From Octopus sinensis (lineage: Eukaryota): a DNA stretch of 64,000 nucleotides. Shown in pieces: positions 1 through 12,994 of this stretch. Numbering within the stretch: the stretch's first letter is position 1; each line of letters starts with the position of its first letter. A program made the translations under genes and the position numbers. The notes under the pieces are model-generated. The model did not search any database. It saw only the letters and a program-made list of their open reading frames with translations, and had not been told where the DNA came from. Where the stretch lies: NCBI RefSeq assembly GCF_006345805.1, contig NC_043025.1:16182001-16246000 (forward strand). The letters are read 5' to 3'.

Positions 1-883
1 TTGTATCTTTGTGGTACCAGTGCCGGTGGCACGTGGCACACAAGAAAACCATCCGAACGTGGCCGTAGCCAGTACCGCATCGACTGGCCTCCGTGCTGTG
101 GGCACGTAACAAACACCATCCGATCGTGGCCGTTTGCCAGCCTCATCTGGCACCTGTGTCGGTGGCACATAAAAACACCATCCGAGCGTGGCCGTCTGCC
201 AGCCTCGTCTGGCACCTGTGTCGGTGGTACATAAAAAAACACCATCCGAGCATGGCCGTTTGCCAGCCTCGTCTGGCACCTGTGTCGGTGGCACATAAAA
301 TCACCCACTACACTCTCGGAGTGGTTGGCGTTAGGAAGGGCATCCAGCTGTAGAAGCACTGCCAGATCTGACTGGACTGGTGCAGCTTTCGGGCTCCCCA
401 GACCCCAGTTGAACCGTCCAACCCATGCTAGCATGGAAAGCGGACGCTAAACGATGATGATGATGATGATGTATACATGTATGTGTGTATCTATCTGTCT
501 GTCTATCCATCCATCCATGTATGTATGTGTGTATGTGTTTGTGTGTGTGTGTATCTGTGTATGTATATGTATATATGTATGTGCATGCATGTATGTGTGT
601 ATCTATCTGTCTATCCATCCATCCATGTATGTATGTGTGTATGTGTATGTATATGTATATATGTATGTGTATGCATGTATGTGTATATCTATCTGTCTGT
701 TTATCCATCCATCCATGTATGTATGTGTGTATGTGTTTGTGTGTGTGTGTATCTGTGTATGTATATGTATATATGTATGTGTAGGCATGTATGTGTGTAT
801 CTATCTGTCTGTGTGTCTGCTTTTTCCATCTACCCCCTTCCCGTCTCCGTCTCCCCTAATGTCTTCTATTCTTCCATTCACAG

Positions 884-949
884 ACATGTGACCAAAGTGT
901 TGACTTACACAATGGAATGCCGCAGATATATGCCATGGTTAACCTCAAA
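884..949 (+). CDS. DDO: D-aspartate/D-amino-acid oxidase-like gene, first exon visible in the window (HVTKVLTYTMECRRYMPWLTS-K)
   Basis: Acceptor ttccattcacAG at 882-883, donor GTAAGT at 950. The peptide matches the DAO/DDO motif 'TxxxExxxYLPWLTxx'. The phase-2 end (AA) joins G at 9242 to give AAG (K). Confidence 0.88.
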
Positions 950-1299
950 GTAAGTCCGTTGCTCCTTGTAACCTCAGCTCTTCGAATCTCCAAATCCCTG
1001 GCCTTCACTTCTAACAACCACACTATTTCTGGCACCATCTTTTTATCACCCACTTTTTGTGTCCAACCACCTGGGCCCTGTCCTTCATGTCTATCTGTCT
1101 GTCTGTCTGTCCATTCATCTATCGGTCAGTCTGTCCATCCGTCTGTCTGACTGTTGGTCGATCAGTCCGTTTGTCTGTCCGTATGTCTGTCCGTCTATCT
1201 GTCTGTCCATCCATCCGTCTGTCTGCCTGTCCGTTTGTTGGTTCATCCATTTGTCCCTCCATCTGTCTGTCTGCCTACCTGTCCGTCTGCCCATTCGTC

Positions 1300-4200
1300 C
1301 ATCTGTCTGTCAGTCCTTCTGTCTGTCTGCCCATCTATTCATCCGTCCGTCTGTCAGTCCTTCTGTCTGTCTGCCCATCTATTTGTCCGTCTGTCTGTCA
1401 GTCCTTCTGTCTGTCTGCCCATCTATTCATCCGTCCGTCTGTCAGTCCTTCTGTCTGTCTGCCCATCTATTCGTCGTCCGTCTGTCAGTCCTTCTGTTTG
1501 TCTGCCCATCTATTCGTCCGTCCGTCTGTCAGTCCTTCTGTCTGTCTGCCCATCTATTCGTCCGTCGTCTGTCAGTCCTTCTGTTGTCTGCCCATCTATT
1601 CGTCGTCCGTTCTGTCAGTCCTTCTGTCTGTCTGACCATCTATTCATCCGTCTGTCAGTCCTTCTGTCGTCTGCCCCATCTATTCGTCCGTCCGTCTGTC
1701 AGTCCTTCTGTCTGTCTGCCCATCTATTCATCCGTCCGTCTGTCAGTCCTTCTGTCTGTCTGCCCATCTATTCGTCCGTCCGTCTGTCAGTCCTTCGTCT
1801 GTCTGCCCATCTATTCCTCCGTCCGTCTGTCAGTCCTTCTGTCTGTCAGCCCATCTATTCGTCGTCCGTCTGTCAGTCCTTCTGTCTGTCTGCCCATCTA
1901 TTCGTCCGTCCGTCTGTCAGTCCTTCTGTCTGTCTGCCCATCTATTCGTCCGTCCGTCTGTCAGTCCTTCTGTCTGTCTGCCCATCTATTCGTCCGTCCG
2001 TCTGTCAGTCCTTCTGTCTGTCTGCCCATCTATTCGTCCGTCCGTCTGTCAGTCCTTCTGTCTGTCTGCCCATCTATTCGTCCGTCCGTCTGTCAGTCCT
2101 TCTGTCTGTCTGTCCATCTATTCGTCCGTCCGTCTGTCAGTCCTTCTGTCTGTCTGCCCATCTATTCGTCCGTCCGTCTGTCAGTCCTTCTGTCTGTCTG
2201 CCCATCTATTCGTCCGTCCGTCTGTCAGTCCTTCTGTCTGTCTGCCCATCTATTCGTCCGTCCGTCTGTCAGTCCTTCTGTCTGTCTGCCCATCTATTCG
2301 TCCGTCCGTCTGTCAGTCCTTCTGTCTGTCTGCCCATCTATTCGTCCGTCCGTCTGTCAGTCCTTCTGTCTGTCTTGCCCATCTATTCGTCCGTCCGTCT
2401 GTCAGTCCTTCTGTCTGTCTGCCCATCATTCCTCCGTCCGTCTGTGTCAGTCCTTCTGTCTGTCTGCCATCTATTCGTCCGTCCGTCTGTCAGTCCTTCT
2501 GTCTGTCTGCCCATCTATTCATCCGTCCGTCTGTCATTCCTTCTGTCTGTCTGCCCATCTATTCGTCCGTCCGTCTGTCAGTCCTTCTGTCTGTCTGCCC
2601 ATCTATTCATCCGTCCGTCTGTCAGTCCTTCGTGTCTGCCCATCTATTCGTCCGTCCGTCTGTCAGTCCTTCTGTCTGTTGCCCATCTATTCGTCCGTCC
2701 GTCTGTCAGTCCTTCTGTCTGTCTGCCCATCTATCGTCCGTCCGTCTGTCAGTCCTTCTGTCTTTTCTGCCATCTATTCATCCGTCCGTCTGTCAGTCCT
2801 TCTGTCTGTCTGCCCATCTATTCGTCCGTCCGTCTGTCAGTCCTTCTGTCTGTCTGCCCATCTATTCGTCCGTCCGTCTGTCAGTCCTTCTGTCTGTCGC
2901 CCATCTATTCCTCCGTCCGTCTGTCAGTCTTCTGTCTGTCTGCCCATCTATTCATCCGCCGTCTGTCAGTCCTTCTGTCTGTCTGCCCATCTATTCATCC
3001 GTCCGTCTGTCAGTCCTTTGTCTGTCTGCCCATCTATTCGTCCATCCGTCTGTCAGTCCTTCTGTCTGTCTGCCCATCTATTCATCCGTCCGTCTGTCAG
3101 TCCTTCTGTCTGTCTGCCCATCTATTCGTCCGTCCGTCTGTCAGTCCTTCTGTCTGTCTGCCCATCTATTCATCCGTCCGTCTGTCAGTCCTTCTGTCTG
3201 TCTGCCCATCTATTCGTCCGTCCGTCTGTCAGTCCTTCTGTCTGTCTGCCCATCTATTCGTCCGTCCGTCTGTCAGTCCTTCTGTCTGTCTGCCCATCTA
3301 TTCATCCATCCGTCTGTCAGTCCTTCTGTCTGTCTGCCCATCTATTCATCCGTCCATCTGTCAGTCCTGTCTGTCTGCCATCTATTCGTCCGTCCGTCTG
3401 TCAGTCCTTCTGTGTTCTGCCCATCTATTCATCCGTCTGTCTGTCAGTCCTTCTGTCTGTCTGCCCATCTATTCGTCCGTCCATCTGTCAGTCCTTCTGT
3501 CTGTCTGCCCATCTTTTCATCCGTCCGTCTGTCAGTCCTTCTGTCTGTCTGCCCATCTATTCGTCCGTCCGTCTGTCAGTCCTTCTGTCTGTCTGCCCAT
3601 CTATTCATCCGTCCGTCTGTCAGTCTTCTGTCTGTCTGCCCATCTATTCATCCGTCCGTCTGTCAGTCCTTCTGTCTGTCTGCCTCATCTTCGTCCGTCC
3701 GTCTGTCAGTCCTTCTTCTGTCTGTCTGCCCATCTATTCATCCGTCCGTCTGTCAGTCTTCTGTCTGTCTGCCCATCTATTCATCCGTCCGTCTGTCAGT
3801 CCTTCTGTCTGTCTGCCCATCTATTCGTCCGTCCGTCTGTCAGTCCTTCTGTCTGTCTGCCCATCTATTCGTCCGTCCGTCTGTCAGTCCTTCTGTCTGT
3901 CTGCCCATCTATTCGTCCGTCTGTCTGTCAGTCCTTCTGTCTGTCTGCCCATCTATTCGTCCGTCCATCTGTCAGTCCTTCTGTCTGTCTGCCCATCTAT
4001 TCATCCGTCCGTCTGTCAGTCCTTCTGTCTGTCTGCCCATCTATTCGTCCGTCCGTCTGTCAGTCCTTCTGTCTGTCTGCCCATCTATTCATCCGTCCGT
4101 CTGTCAGTCCTTCTGTCTGTCTGCCCATCTATTCGTCCGTCCGTCTGTCAGTCCTTCTGTCTGTCTGCCCATCTATTCGTCCGTCCGTCTGTCAGTCCTT

Positions 4201-4862
4201 CTGTCTGTCTGCCCATCTATTCGTCCGTCCGTCTGTGTCAGTCCTTCTGTCTGTCTGCCATCTATTCGTCCGTCCGTCTGTCAGTCCTTCTGTCTGTCTG
4301 CCCATCTATTCGTCCGTCCGTCTGTCAGTCCTTCTGTCTGTCTGCCCATCTATTCGTCCGCCGTCTGTCAGTCCTTCTGTCTGTCTGCCCATCTATTCGT
4401 CGTCCGTCTGTCAGTCCTTCTGTTCTGTCTGCCCATCTATTCGTCCGTCCGTCTGTCAGTCCTTCTGTCTGTCTGACCATCTATTCGTCCGTCCGTCTGT
4501 CAGTCCTTCTGTCTGTCTGCCCATCTATTCGTCCGTCGTCTGTCAGTCCTTCTGTCTGTCTGCCCATCTATTCGTCCGTCCGTCTGTCAGTCCTTCTGTC
4601 TGTCTGCCCATCTATTCGTCCGTCCGTCTGTCAGTCCTTCTGTCTGTCTGTTGCCCATCTATTCGTCCGTCCGTCTGTCAGTCCTTCTGTCTGTCTGCCA
4701 TCTATTCGTCCGTCCGTCTGTCAGTCCTTCTGTCTGTCTGCCCATCTATTCGTCCGTCCGTCTGTCAGTCCTTCTGTCTGTCTGCCCATCTATTCGTCCG
4801 TCCGTCTGTCAGTCCTTCTGTCTGTCTGCCCATCTATTCGTCCGTCCGTCCGTCCGTCCATC
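1300..4862. repeat. 44-bp higher-order minisatellite, ~3.5 kb, ~80 copies
   Basis: Unit TCGT CCGT CCGT CTGT CAGT CCTT CTGT CTGT CTGC CCAT CTAT (11 tetramers). It is preceded by looser CTGT/CCAT microsatellite from ~1085. Confidence 0.95.
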
Positions 4863-4949
4863 CATCTGTCTGCTTATATCTACCCGGTTGACTTTCAAGA
4901 TTCCCCTATTTCCAGCTTTAATTAATAGTTCACACAAATTACATACAAA

Positions 4950-5490
4950 AAACGTTTATCCATCCTATTCCCTTGTCTGCTGCTATCATTGTCATGCCAG
5001 AAGTTCAATTCTACGCTTTTACCGTTTTTTGTTGGTTCAGAGGCAAAATCTCCCTACACCCGTTTCCAACTGGATCCACATCGTTGAACCCCTGTCTTTG
5101 CAGAAAACGAGCCATGGACTGGGAAATGTGGTCATTTGATGGTTCAAGGTCTGTACTGTAGGGCATGGTGGTGTGGCAGCACTTGCGGCCCCTAAAGTTC
5201 CTTAAGTGTGTGCTTGGTCAATTGGCAGGCTGTGCTGGGCCACTGTCATGCTGTAGGAGTGTGCGTTTTAGGTTGGTCAACACTGAGTAGCAAGGTTTTA
5301 AAACATTATATACTTGCAGTGGTTGTTGAGCATGAAGGTTCGTGTTTGCAGCATGACCATGTGGGACAAGAACAAAGTACAAGACTCCTTCGAAATCCCT
5401 CCACACACAAAAACGTTCACCATTCTAAAAGAAATGTCAACCCACTTCTTTGCCTTCGTCACACTGTGATCTTGTTCTCCTCCCACATAG
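4950..5490 (-). mobile_element. Degenerate mariner transposase fragment
   Basis: Frameshifted minus-strand motifs LLQHDSGPA (QHDNA-like), LPH..YSTDLEPSNDH (HPPYSPDLAPSD-like) and SMARFL. Confidence 0.65.
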
Positions 5491-6261
5491 GGAGTTTAAA
5501 AATAAGACAGAAATTCTAGGGAGGCAAAATCATCATTGTCACTCAATAATATTGTTTGCTGGGAGAAATGCTGTGAAACATGAGATTTTGTTGATATTAA
5601 ATAAACATTCCTACTTAATGCTTTTAGAAAACCTTTTATCAGCCGTCTTTTTTTTTTTTTAAATGCTGATATACTTTATCATTGTGCATATGGTAAATTT
5701 TCCACACCTATCCCGCATCCCCAGCCCTTTCTTGCCCTGTGGCATCTCTAGACTTGTTGCTCTCTCCAGCTGGTTGTAAGGAATTCAGTAGTAAACATTT
5801 TGACTGTAGGAAAACTCACCATAAGTAATTTTGGTTACAAATGACCTCATCACTCATTTTAAATGTTTGATGTTGAATGAAGACTGACCTATTTTGTTCT
5901 TTTATAACATTTTACCATTCTTTCCTTTGTATGTAAGTGTCATTGAATAGTGAGAGAGGGGGGGCCTAAGTGTGACACACTGATACACAGAAATTAATAT
6001 TCGTATTTATTATATTATATTATTATATATATATATACATATTCATGTATGCATACATAAATGTACACACATGTTATATATGCCTGTGTATAAACGAATA
6101 AACACACATGCACACACAAGGATAATAATGAAAATAAGACAAGGTAGAAAATGCTAAAAACATTTTTGTACCGGTTTCAGCCTTTGAGACTTTTTCAACT
6201 TAGAATAAAGCATAAATAAAAATTATCAAAGCAGAGACAGAGTAGCAATGTATACTAAACA

Positions 6262-6889
6262 GTAAAGCCAATCACCACATAAAAGTGTCTGTTGAGTGTC
6301 ACTACTAGTTTAACCCCAGGCAGATTCTCCACCAGCTGGTTATCGTGCAACACTCTGCACCCTTTACATACAGTATATTGTTAGTAGGGTGGAGCGAACC
6401 CCCTACTACAGCTAACAGGTTCATGTGACTGACTTAGTTTCAAGTTATCTGGCTCATCTTCAGTTGCAAGTACCGGTGACCTGCTGGGGGTTAAACATGC
6501 AATGGCATTCAACAGTCATTTTTGATGTGGTGACTTGCTTCACTGTTTAGTGTACGTTAATTCAATGACTAACCATTTGGCTTGTTGCAAATCAGTGACC
6601 AATGCTTACTTGGTCTACAATATATCGGTGGCTGGAGCAGATTCTGGCTATTTCTCTGGTGCGCAGGTTCTTGCGACTGAAGATGAGCCAAACAGCTTCA
6701 AACTGAGTCAGTCTCGTGATCCGGTTATCTTCCAGAGAGTGGGAAGGGTCCGTCCCCCCACCCCACTAAAAATATGTTGTATATAAAGGGTGCAGAGTGT
6801 TGCACCAATAACCAGTGGGTGGAGAATCTGCCTGGGGTTAAACTAGTAGTGACACTCAACAACCACTTTGATGTGGCAACTGGCTTTAC
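6262..6889. repeat. Large imperfect fold-back element (~220-bp arms)
   Basis: 6262-6400 is the reverse complement of 6750-6889 (e.g. gagtgtcactactagtttaaccccaggcagattctcc), and 6428-6475 pairs with 6670-6712. Confidence 0.8.
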
Positions 6890-7636
6890 AAATGTATGTA
6901 TATATGTATGTATGTCTATGTATGTATGTAGGTATGTATGTATGTATATATGCATGCATGTATGTATGTACGTATGTACGTACATATGTATGTATGTATG
7001 CATGTATGCATGTATGCATGTATGTACGTATGTACGTACATACGTATGTATGTATGCATGTATGCATGTATGCATGTATGTATGTATGTATGTACGTACA
7101 TACGTATGTATGTATGCATGCATGCATGCATGTTTGTGTGTATGTATGTAAGTATGTACGTATGTACGTACGTACGTATGTACGTACGTACGCATGCATG
7201 CATGTATGTATGTATTTATTTATGTATGTACGTATATATGTATGTATGCATGCTTGTATGTATGTATGTATGTATGTATGCATGTATGCATGTATGTACG
7301 TACGTATGCATGTATGAATGTATGTTTGTATGTATGTCCGTACGTATGTATGTATGCATGCATGCATGTATGTATGTATGTATGTATGCATGCATGTATG
7401 TATGTATGTATGCATGTATGTATATATGTATGTACGTACGTACGTATGTACGTACGTACGTATGGATGTATGTATATATGTATGTACGTACGTACGTATG
7501 TATGTATGCATGTATGTATGTATTTATGTATGTACGTATGTATGTTTGTATGTACGTATGTATGTATGTATGCATGTATGTATGTATGTACGTATGTATG
7601 TATGTACATATGTACGTACGTACATATGTATGTATG
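6890..7636. repeat. (TATG/TACG/TGCA)n compound tetranucleotide microsatellite
   Basis: Direct reading of the sequence. Confidence 0.95.
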
Positions 7637-7637
7637 T

Positions 7638-7871
7638 CCAAAAGTGCATACCCTCTCTACAACTGGAGGAAGAAAAGGTCAGTTGGTTTCATAAACAAAA
7701 AATGATTGTTCGTGCTGCAGGTGGGATGGAGTTATCCCCCTTCCATTCGCTCTGGCTCTGGTGATATTTGAGGATAATTCAGTCCCATCTGCAGCAGGGA
7801 CAATCAGTTTTTGTTTATGAAACCAACTGACCGTTTCTTCCTCCAGTTGTAGAGAGGGTATGCGCTTTTGG
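7638..7871. repeat. Inverted repeat / hairpin (~90-bp arms)
   Basis: ccaaaagtgcataccctctctacaactggaggaagaaa... pairs with ...tttcttcctccagttgtagagagggtatgcgcttttgg. Confidence 0.9.
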
Positions 7872-8157
7872 CTATTTCAGTCTGATGAGTTGCCTTTATT
7901 GCTAATCACTCCGTACGTGTGAAACCAATGGTCACTCTATGACAACCAAAATAACTTACAACGTCCGAAAAGAATTACTTTGCTGCTCTGATGCATGAGA
8001 ATGGCTTCTTCTTGGTTCTTTTGGGGAAATATGAACTACTGGCAAAACATATATATTATAAGAAAGATATACAATATATGGTACTATATAAGGTAAATTT
8101 TAATTTTCTGAGAGATTTTACGTTTCAGTTCTTGAAAAAACATATATATATATACAT

Positions 8158-8236
<79 letters not shown>

Positions 8237-8246
8237 CATACACATT

Positions 8247-8278
<32 letters not shown>

Positions 8279-8301
8279 ACACATACATACACATTTATAT
8301 A

Positions 8302-8334
<33 letters not shown>

Positions 8335-9241
8335 ACACATACATACACATTTATATATATATATATTATATATATATATATACATACATACATATTTATA
8401 GATATACATATACATATGTACATATATTATATATATATATATATAGATATACATATACATATATATATATATATAGATATACATATACATATGTACATAT
8501 ATATATACATATGTACATATATATATACATATATACATATATTATACATATATATATTATATATATGCATATATATATATATATACATATATACATATAT
8601 ATATGTATATATATATAGTGTGTCTGTCTATCTGCCTGCCTATCTTTTTGTCTGTCTATATATATATGTGTGCGTGTGTGTATGTATGTATGTGTGTGTG
8701 TATCTGTATATATATATATATAATATATATATATATATATACATGCACATACATATACATATACATACACATATATATATAATGTAGATATGGTTAAAGT
8801 CCCAGCTGTTTCCTCTCGCAGCCCATCTGCTTATTCCTGTATTACAATCTAGTGGGTAGTTGTTGTTGTTGTTGTATTTATGCAAATTACACATCAGACC
8901 CCAAAATTCTGGAAGTATTGATTGCAACGTTATTATACAGCAAAACATGAAGTTTGCACAAAACGGGTTTTGGTGTCATTTATTCACCATTACACATGTT
9001 TCGTTTGCTAATAAGAATTACAAAATTGTACATGTAAGAGAAAACATGCAAGATATCTCCTATCAGAAATTCTTCACATAGAGAACGAAATAATAATGAA
9101 TTATTTGATCCACCCCCACCTCTCTCTCTCTATATATATATATCTTTGTATGTGTGTGTGTGTGCGTGTATACACACACACATACGCCCATCCGCACACA
9201 TGCATCATACACTCACATATATATATTACATTCTATTTCAG

Positions 9242-9296
9242 GTTCCTATCACTGGGAGGCAGTATGCACCATCATAGATTGAAGAGTTTGGAAGAG
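9242..9296 (+). CDS. DDO: DDO-like exon (K-FLSLGGSMHHHRLKSLEE)
   Basis: Acceptor ttctatttcAG, donor GTGAGT at 9297. 55 nt, phase 2 to phase 0. Matches the DAO/DDO segment 'F...GG......xxSLEE'. Confidence 0.9.
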
Positions 9297-10119
9297 GTGA
9301 GTGTCTTGTGCCCCTGGATAGGAAGCCTATCTTATCTGACACTAAAATTTTAGACAGAATCTGTTGAAGAATATTAATCTACTAGTTTAGAGGTCTTTTG
9401 TTCCAATCCAGCCCCAGGCACTGAGCTCTGGAGATAACCAAAGACATTTACTTGAACATTTGCTGGCTCTTTCCATCTAACTGAATAAGAACCAAGAGGA
9501 GGTGATATTTGGATTGTAGACTTCACTTGTCACCCAGTTTAACCCCACCATTTGGCAGCTCAGGTATCTTTAGCAGAGTCCAGGCTGTTGCAGGCATTTG
9601 GCTCATGTCTTCAGTTTGAAGATAGCTTCCTTCCAGTTTCCCATTAATCTTGGAGGCTCTGCTTTGCCTCCTGGCTAAAAGATAAAATAGAAAACTGTTG
9701 CAACGTTCTTTTGTATGATGTTTTACCTGTTGCTAAATTTTTATAAGATTACAAATTTATATTCACAGCCACATTAAATTAACACTGTAGTGTGCAAGAG
9801 AGAAGGCTGTGTCGGTGTGGCCATGTGATGTGTATGAATGAGGACAGTTGCACCAAGAGGTGCTGTTGTCTTTCCTACTAATTGGTAGGAAAGGATCTTC
9901 AGATGGGTCTCACACAACAGACAGCAGCGGACCGAGACTCCTGGTGATTTGTTGTGCTTGCATTCAGCCATGTCCAGCTAAGTAGAATTGTGGTTGTCCT
10001 TGCATTCAGGCCTTGTGTCCCCTGCACCCGTCTTCAGCTGAGCATTTCTGATCATGCAGGCTCAGGGGTGCTGGTGCCACGTAAAAGGCACCTGTAATGG
10101 TGCCTCAGCCGGTGTAGCA

Positions 10120-10445
10120 GAAGGGTAAAGACCCCCTTCGGTCATGAATGACCATGGGATTGCACCTAGAAAGTTACCCTCCTAGACACAAGTCCGGGCA
10201 AGGTTGTTTATGGAAGATCAGCAGTCGCCCATGCATACCAGCCTCCCCTCTCCCCGCCACCAGTGTTATCCAAGGGAAAGACAAAGGTCGATACAGCTTG
10301 GCACCAGTGACGTCGCAACTCATTTCTACAGCTGAGTGAACTGGAGCAACGTGAAGTAAAGTGTCTTGCTCAAGAACACAACACGCAGCCCGATCCAGGA
10401 TTCGAGCTCACAACCTCACGATCGTAAGCTCGACGCTCTAGCACC
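10120..10445 (-). mobile_element. tRNA-derived SINE
   Basis: Minus strand has a tRNA-like head (TAGAGCGTCG...GAGCTCGAATCC) followed by the conserved SINE body TTGAGCAAGACACTTTAC...CTCCAGTTCACTCAGCTG. The same body recurs at 63603-63800. Confidence 0.75.
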
Positions 10446-11022
10446 CAGAATACTCTGCAGAGTGGTTGGTGTTTAACATGAAAAAGACATTTTAACAATA
10501 GGGAGGAGATGCTGAAGGGCTGCTCATGGTAACACCAGCACCACAAAACCACAGGTGTCTCCTGGGGCATGTGCCATTTTCCAGTTATTATCTCCATTTT
10601 AACAGGCAGCTTTCCAGATGGCCACCTTTGTTCAAACTGTCTGTCCCAGCATGGAAACTGGACATTAAATGATGATGATGCCACTGCCAACAATGGTGGT
10701 GGTGGTTCTGGTGTAAGAGCCCAGCCATCCATCCATTTATCCTTTGTCTGCTACTTGCTTCAGTCATTTCACTACGGTCATGCTGGAGCACCACTTTCAA
10801 GCATCTTTAGTGCAACAAATCGGCTTCAGTGTTTATTTTTTAAAGCCTGGTATTTACTCTGTCAGTCTCTTTTGGCAAACTTCTAAGTTATGTGGATGTA
10901 AACAAATGAACACCATCATCAACTATTTATATATATATATATATATTGATAAAACGGTAAGATAACAAAAGAAAGAAAGAGACCTCAATATTATGTAAAT
11001 AGAGGAAATTTATCTATAAAAT

Positions 11023-11179
11023 AATATGTTACATTTACTCAATAGTCAAGCTAAAACTCTGAGTTTCAGATGCCAAAGTGGAAATCCACAACACCATCTT
11101 CCGAAGAGATGGTGTTGTGGATTTCCACTTTGGCATCTGAAACTCAGAGTTTTATCTTGACTATTGAGTAATGTAACAT

Positions 11180-11182
<3 letters not shown>
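11023..11182. repeat. Near-perfect hairpin (~77-bp arms, 7-nt loop)
   Basis: The arms differ by one mismatch and one indel; loop TCCGAAG. Confidence 0.92.
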
Positions 11183-11258
<76 letters not shown>

Positions 11259-11259
<1 letters not shown>

Positions 11260-11780
11260 CACGTAAAATGCACCATCCGAGCGTGGCCGTTCGCCAGCCT
11301 CGTCTGGCACCTGTGTCGGTGGCACATAAAATCACCCACTACACTCTCGGAGTGGTTGGCGTTAGGAAGGGCATCCAGCTGTAGAAACACTGCCAGATCT
11401 GACTGGCCTGGTGCAGCCTTCGGGCTCCCCAGACACCAGTTGAACCGTCCAACCCATGCTAGCATGGAAAGCGGACGTTAGATGATGATGATGATGATGA
11501 TGATGATATATATATATATATATATATGGCACGTAAAATGCACCAATCCGACCGTGGCCGTTGCCAGCCTCGCCTGGCACCAGTGCAGGTGGCACGTAAA
11601 AAGCACCCACTACACTCACGGAGTGGTTGGCGTTAGGAAGGGCATCCAGCTGTAGAAACATTGCCAGATAAGACCGGAGCCTGGGGCAGCCTTCTGGCTT
11701 CCCAGATCCCCGGTCGAACCGTCCAACCCATGCTAGCATGGAGAACGGACGTTAAACGATGATGATGATGATGTTGATGA
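11259..11780 (+). mobile_element. Two tandem 5'-truncated RTE-LINE 3'UTR copies with (GAT)n tails
   Basis: Same sequence as the 3'UTR that follows RTE ORF ends at 25830-26332 and 40770-41488 (...ccatgctagcatggaaagcggacgttaaacGATGATGAT). Other copies are at 1-470, 17040-17565, 42660-42835, 43755-44060(-), 45730-45930(-), 46010-46190(-), 52470-52675 and 58255-58540. Confidence 0.8.
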
Positions 11781-11974
11781 TATAGGTTCAGTAAAAATTT
11801 AGATTCAGATGAATATGGTACTTAAGTTAAAGGCACTAGAATTTAGTATGGTATTATCCATATAATTCAAAATGGGGTGATTATAAACAAAATAAGCAAC
11901 AAGGATACCCAAGGTAGTGTAGTACAATTGTTTCATGCTACTTCATTTTATTAAACACTGTAAGTATTACATCA

Positions 11975-12238
11975 GTTTTAAAATGTCGAGCAATCTTCAG
12001 CCACATATAGAATTTTTTAATTAAACGGACAATGCACATTCTTATACTTATTATGAGTGATAAAAATCTACAGATGGAGAAGGACCTTCTACCACCATGT
12101 TCTTAATGATGAAATTAACCTCTCTGTCTCTATATCTACCCTCTTCGTAAGTTGGCAAATGAAATAGGTATAAGAATGCATTGTCCGTTTAATTAAAAAA
12201 TTCTATATGTGGCTGAAGATTGCTCGACATTTTAAAAC
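11975..12238. repeat. Inverted repeat (~75-bp arms, ~115-nt spacer)
   Basis: gttttaaaatgtcgagcaatcttcagccacatatagaattttttaattaaacggacaatgca pairs with tgcattgtccgtttaattaaaaaattctatatgtggctgaagattgctcgacattttaaaac. Confidence 0.9.
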
Positions 12239-12462
12239 ATACATATATATATATGTGGTTTATATATATACACACACATATTGATGTTGGTGCGTTTATG
12301 TCCTTGGAACTTAGCAGTTCAACAAAAGAAACTGACAGAATAAGTACTAGGCTTAGAAAGAATAAGTCCTGGAGTTGATTTGTTCAACTAAAAGTGGTGC
12401 TCCAGTATGGTCCCAGTCAAATGACTGAAACAAATAACATAATAAAAGAATACATACACACA

Positions 12463-12530
<68 letters not shown>

Positions 12531-12554
12531 TATTACATATATATATAATGTATG

Positions 12555-12607
<53 letters not shown>

Positions 12608-12638
12608 TAGGTATATATAATATATAATATAGTGTATG

Positions 12639-12671
<33 letters not shown>

Positions 12672-12704
12672 ATATATATATATATTATATGTATGTATGT
12701 ATAT

Positions 12705-12801
<97 letters not shown>

Positions 12802-12994
12802 ATATACATATATGGCTTGAACAGATGGAATATTTGGGCTGAATATGACTGGTTTGAGTGCTGAAGGGCTAAACTGGCTATATCTGGCCCAGATATTCCA
12901 CCTGTTTTATGTTCAAACCGGCTGGATCTGGCCTTTCCCACGTACCCTACACTGTCGTTCTAAAAGTAAACAATCACACCATTGAAATTCCAAT

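Noticed and set aside
1057-4925. Very long ORFs (1288, 1245 and 614 aa) rich in S/V/C/L/P
   Set aside because: They are translations of the stop-free 44-bp minisatellite in several frames at once, with no domain content.
9400-9990. Unique-looking, moderately GC-rich segment with short minus-strand reading frames
   Set aside because: No recognisable protein motif and no consistent splice or ORF structure; possibly an old TE.
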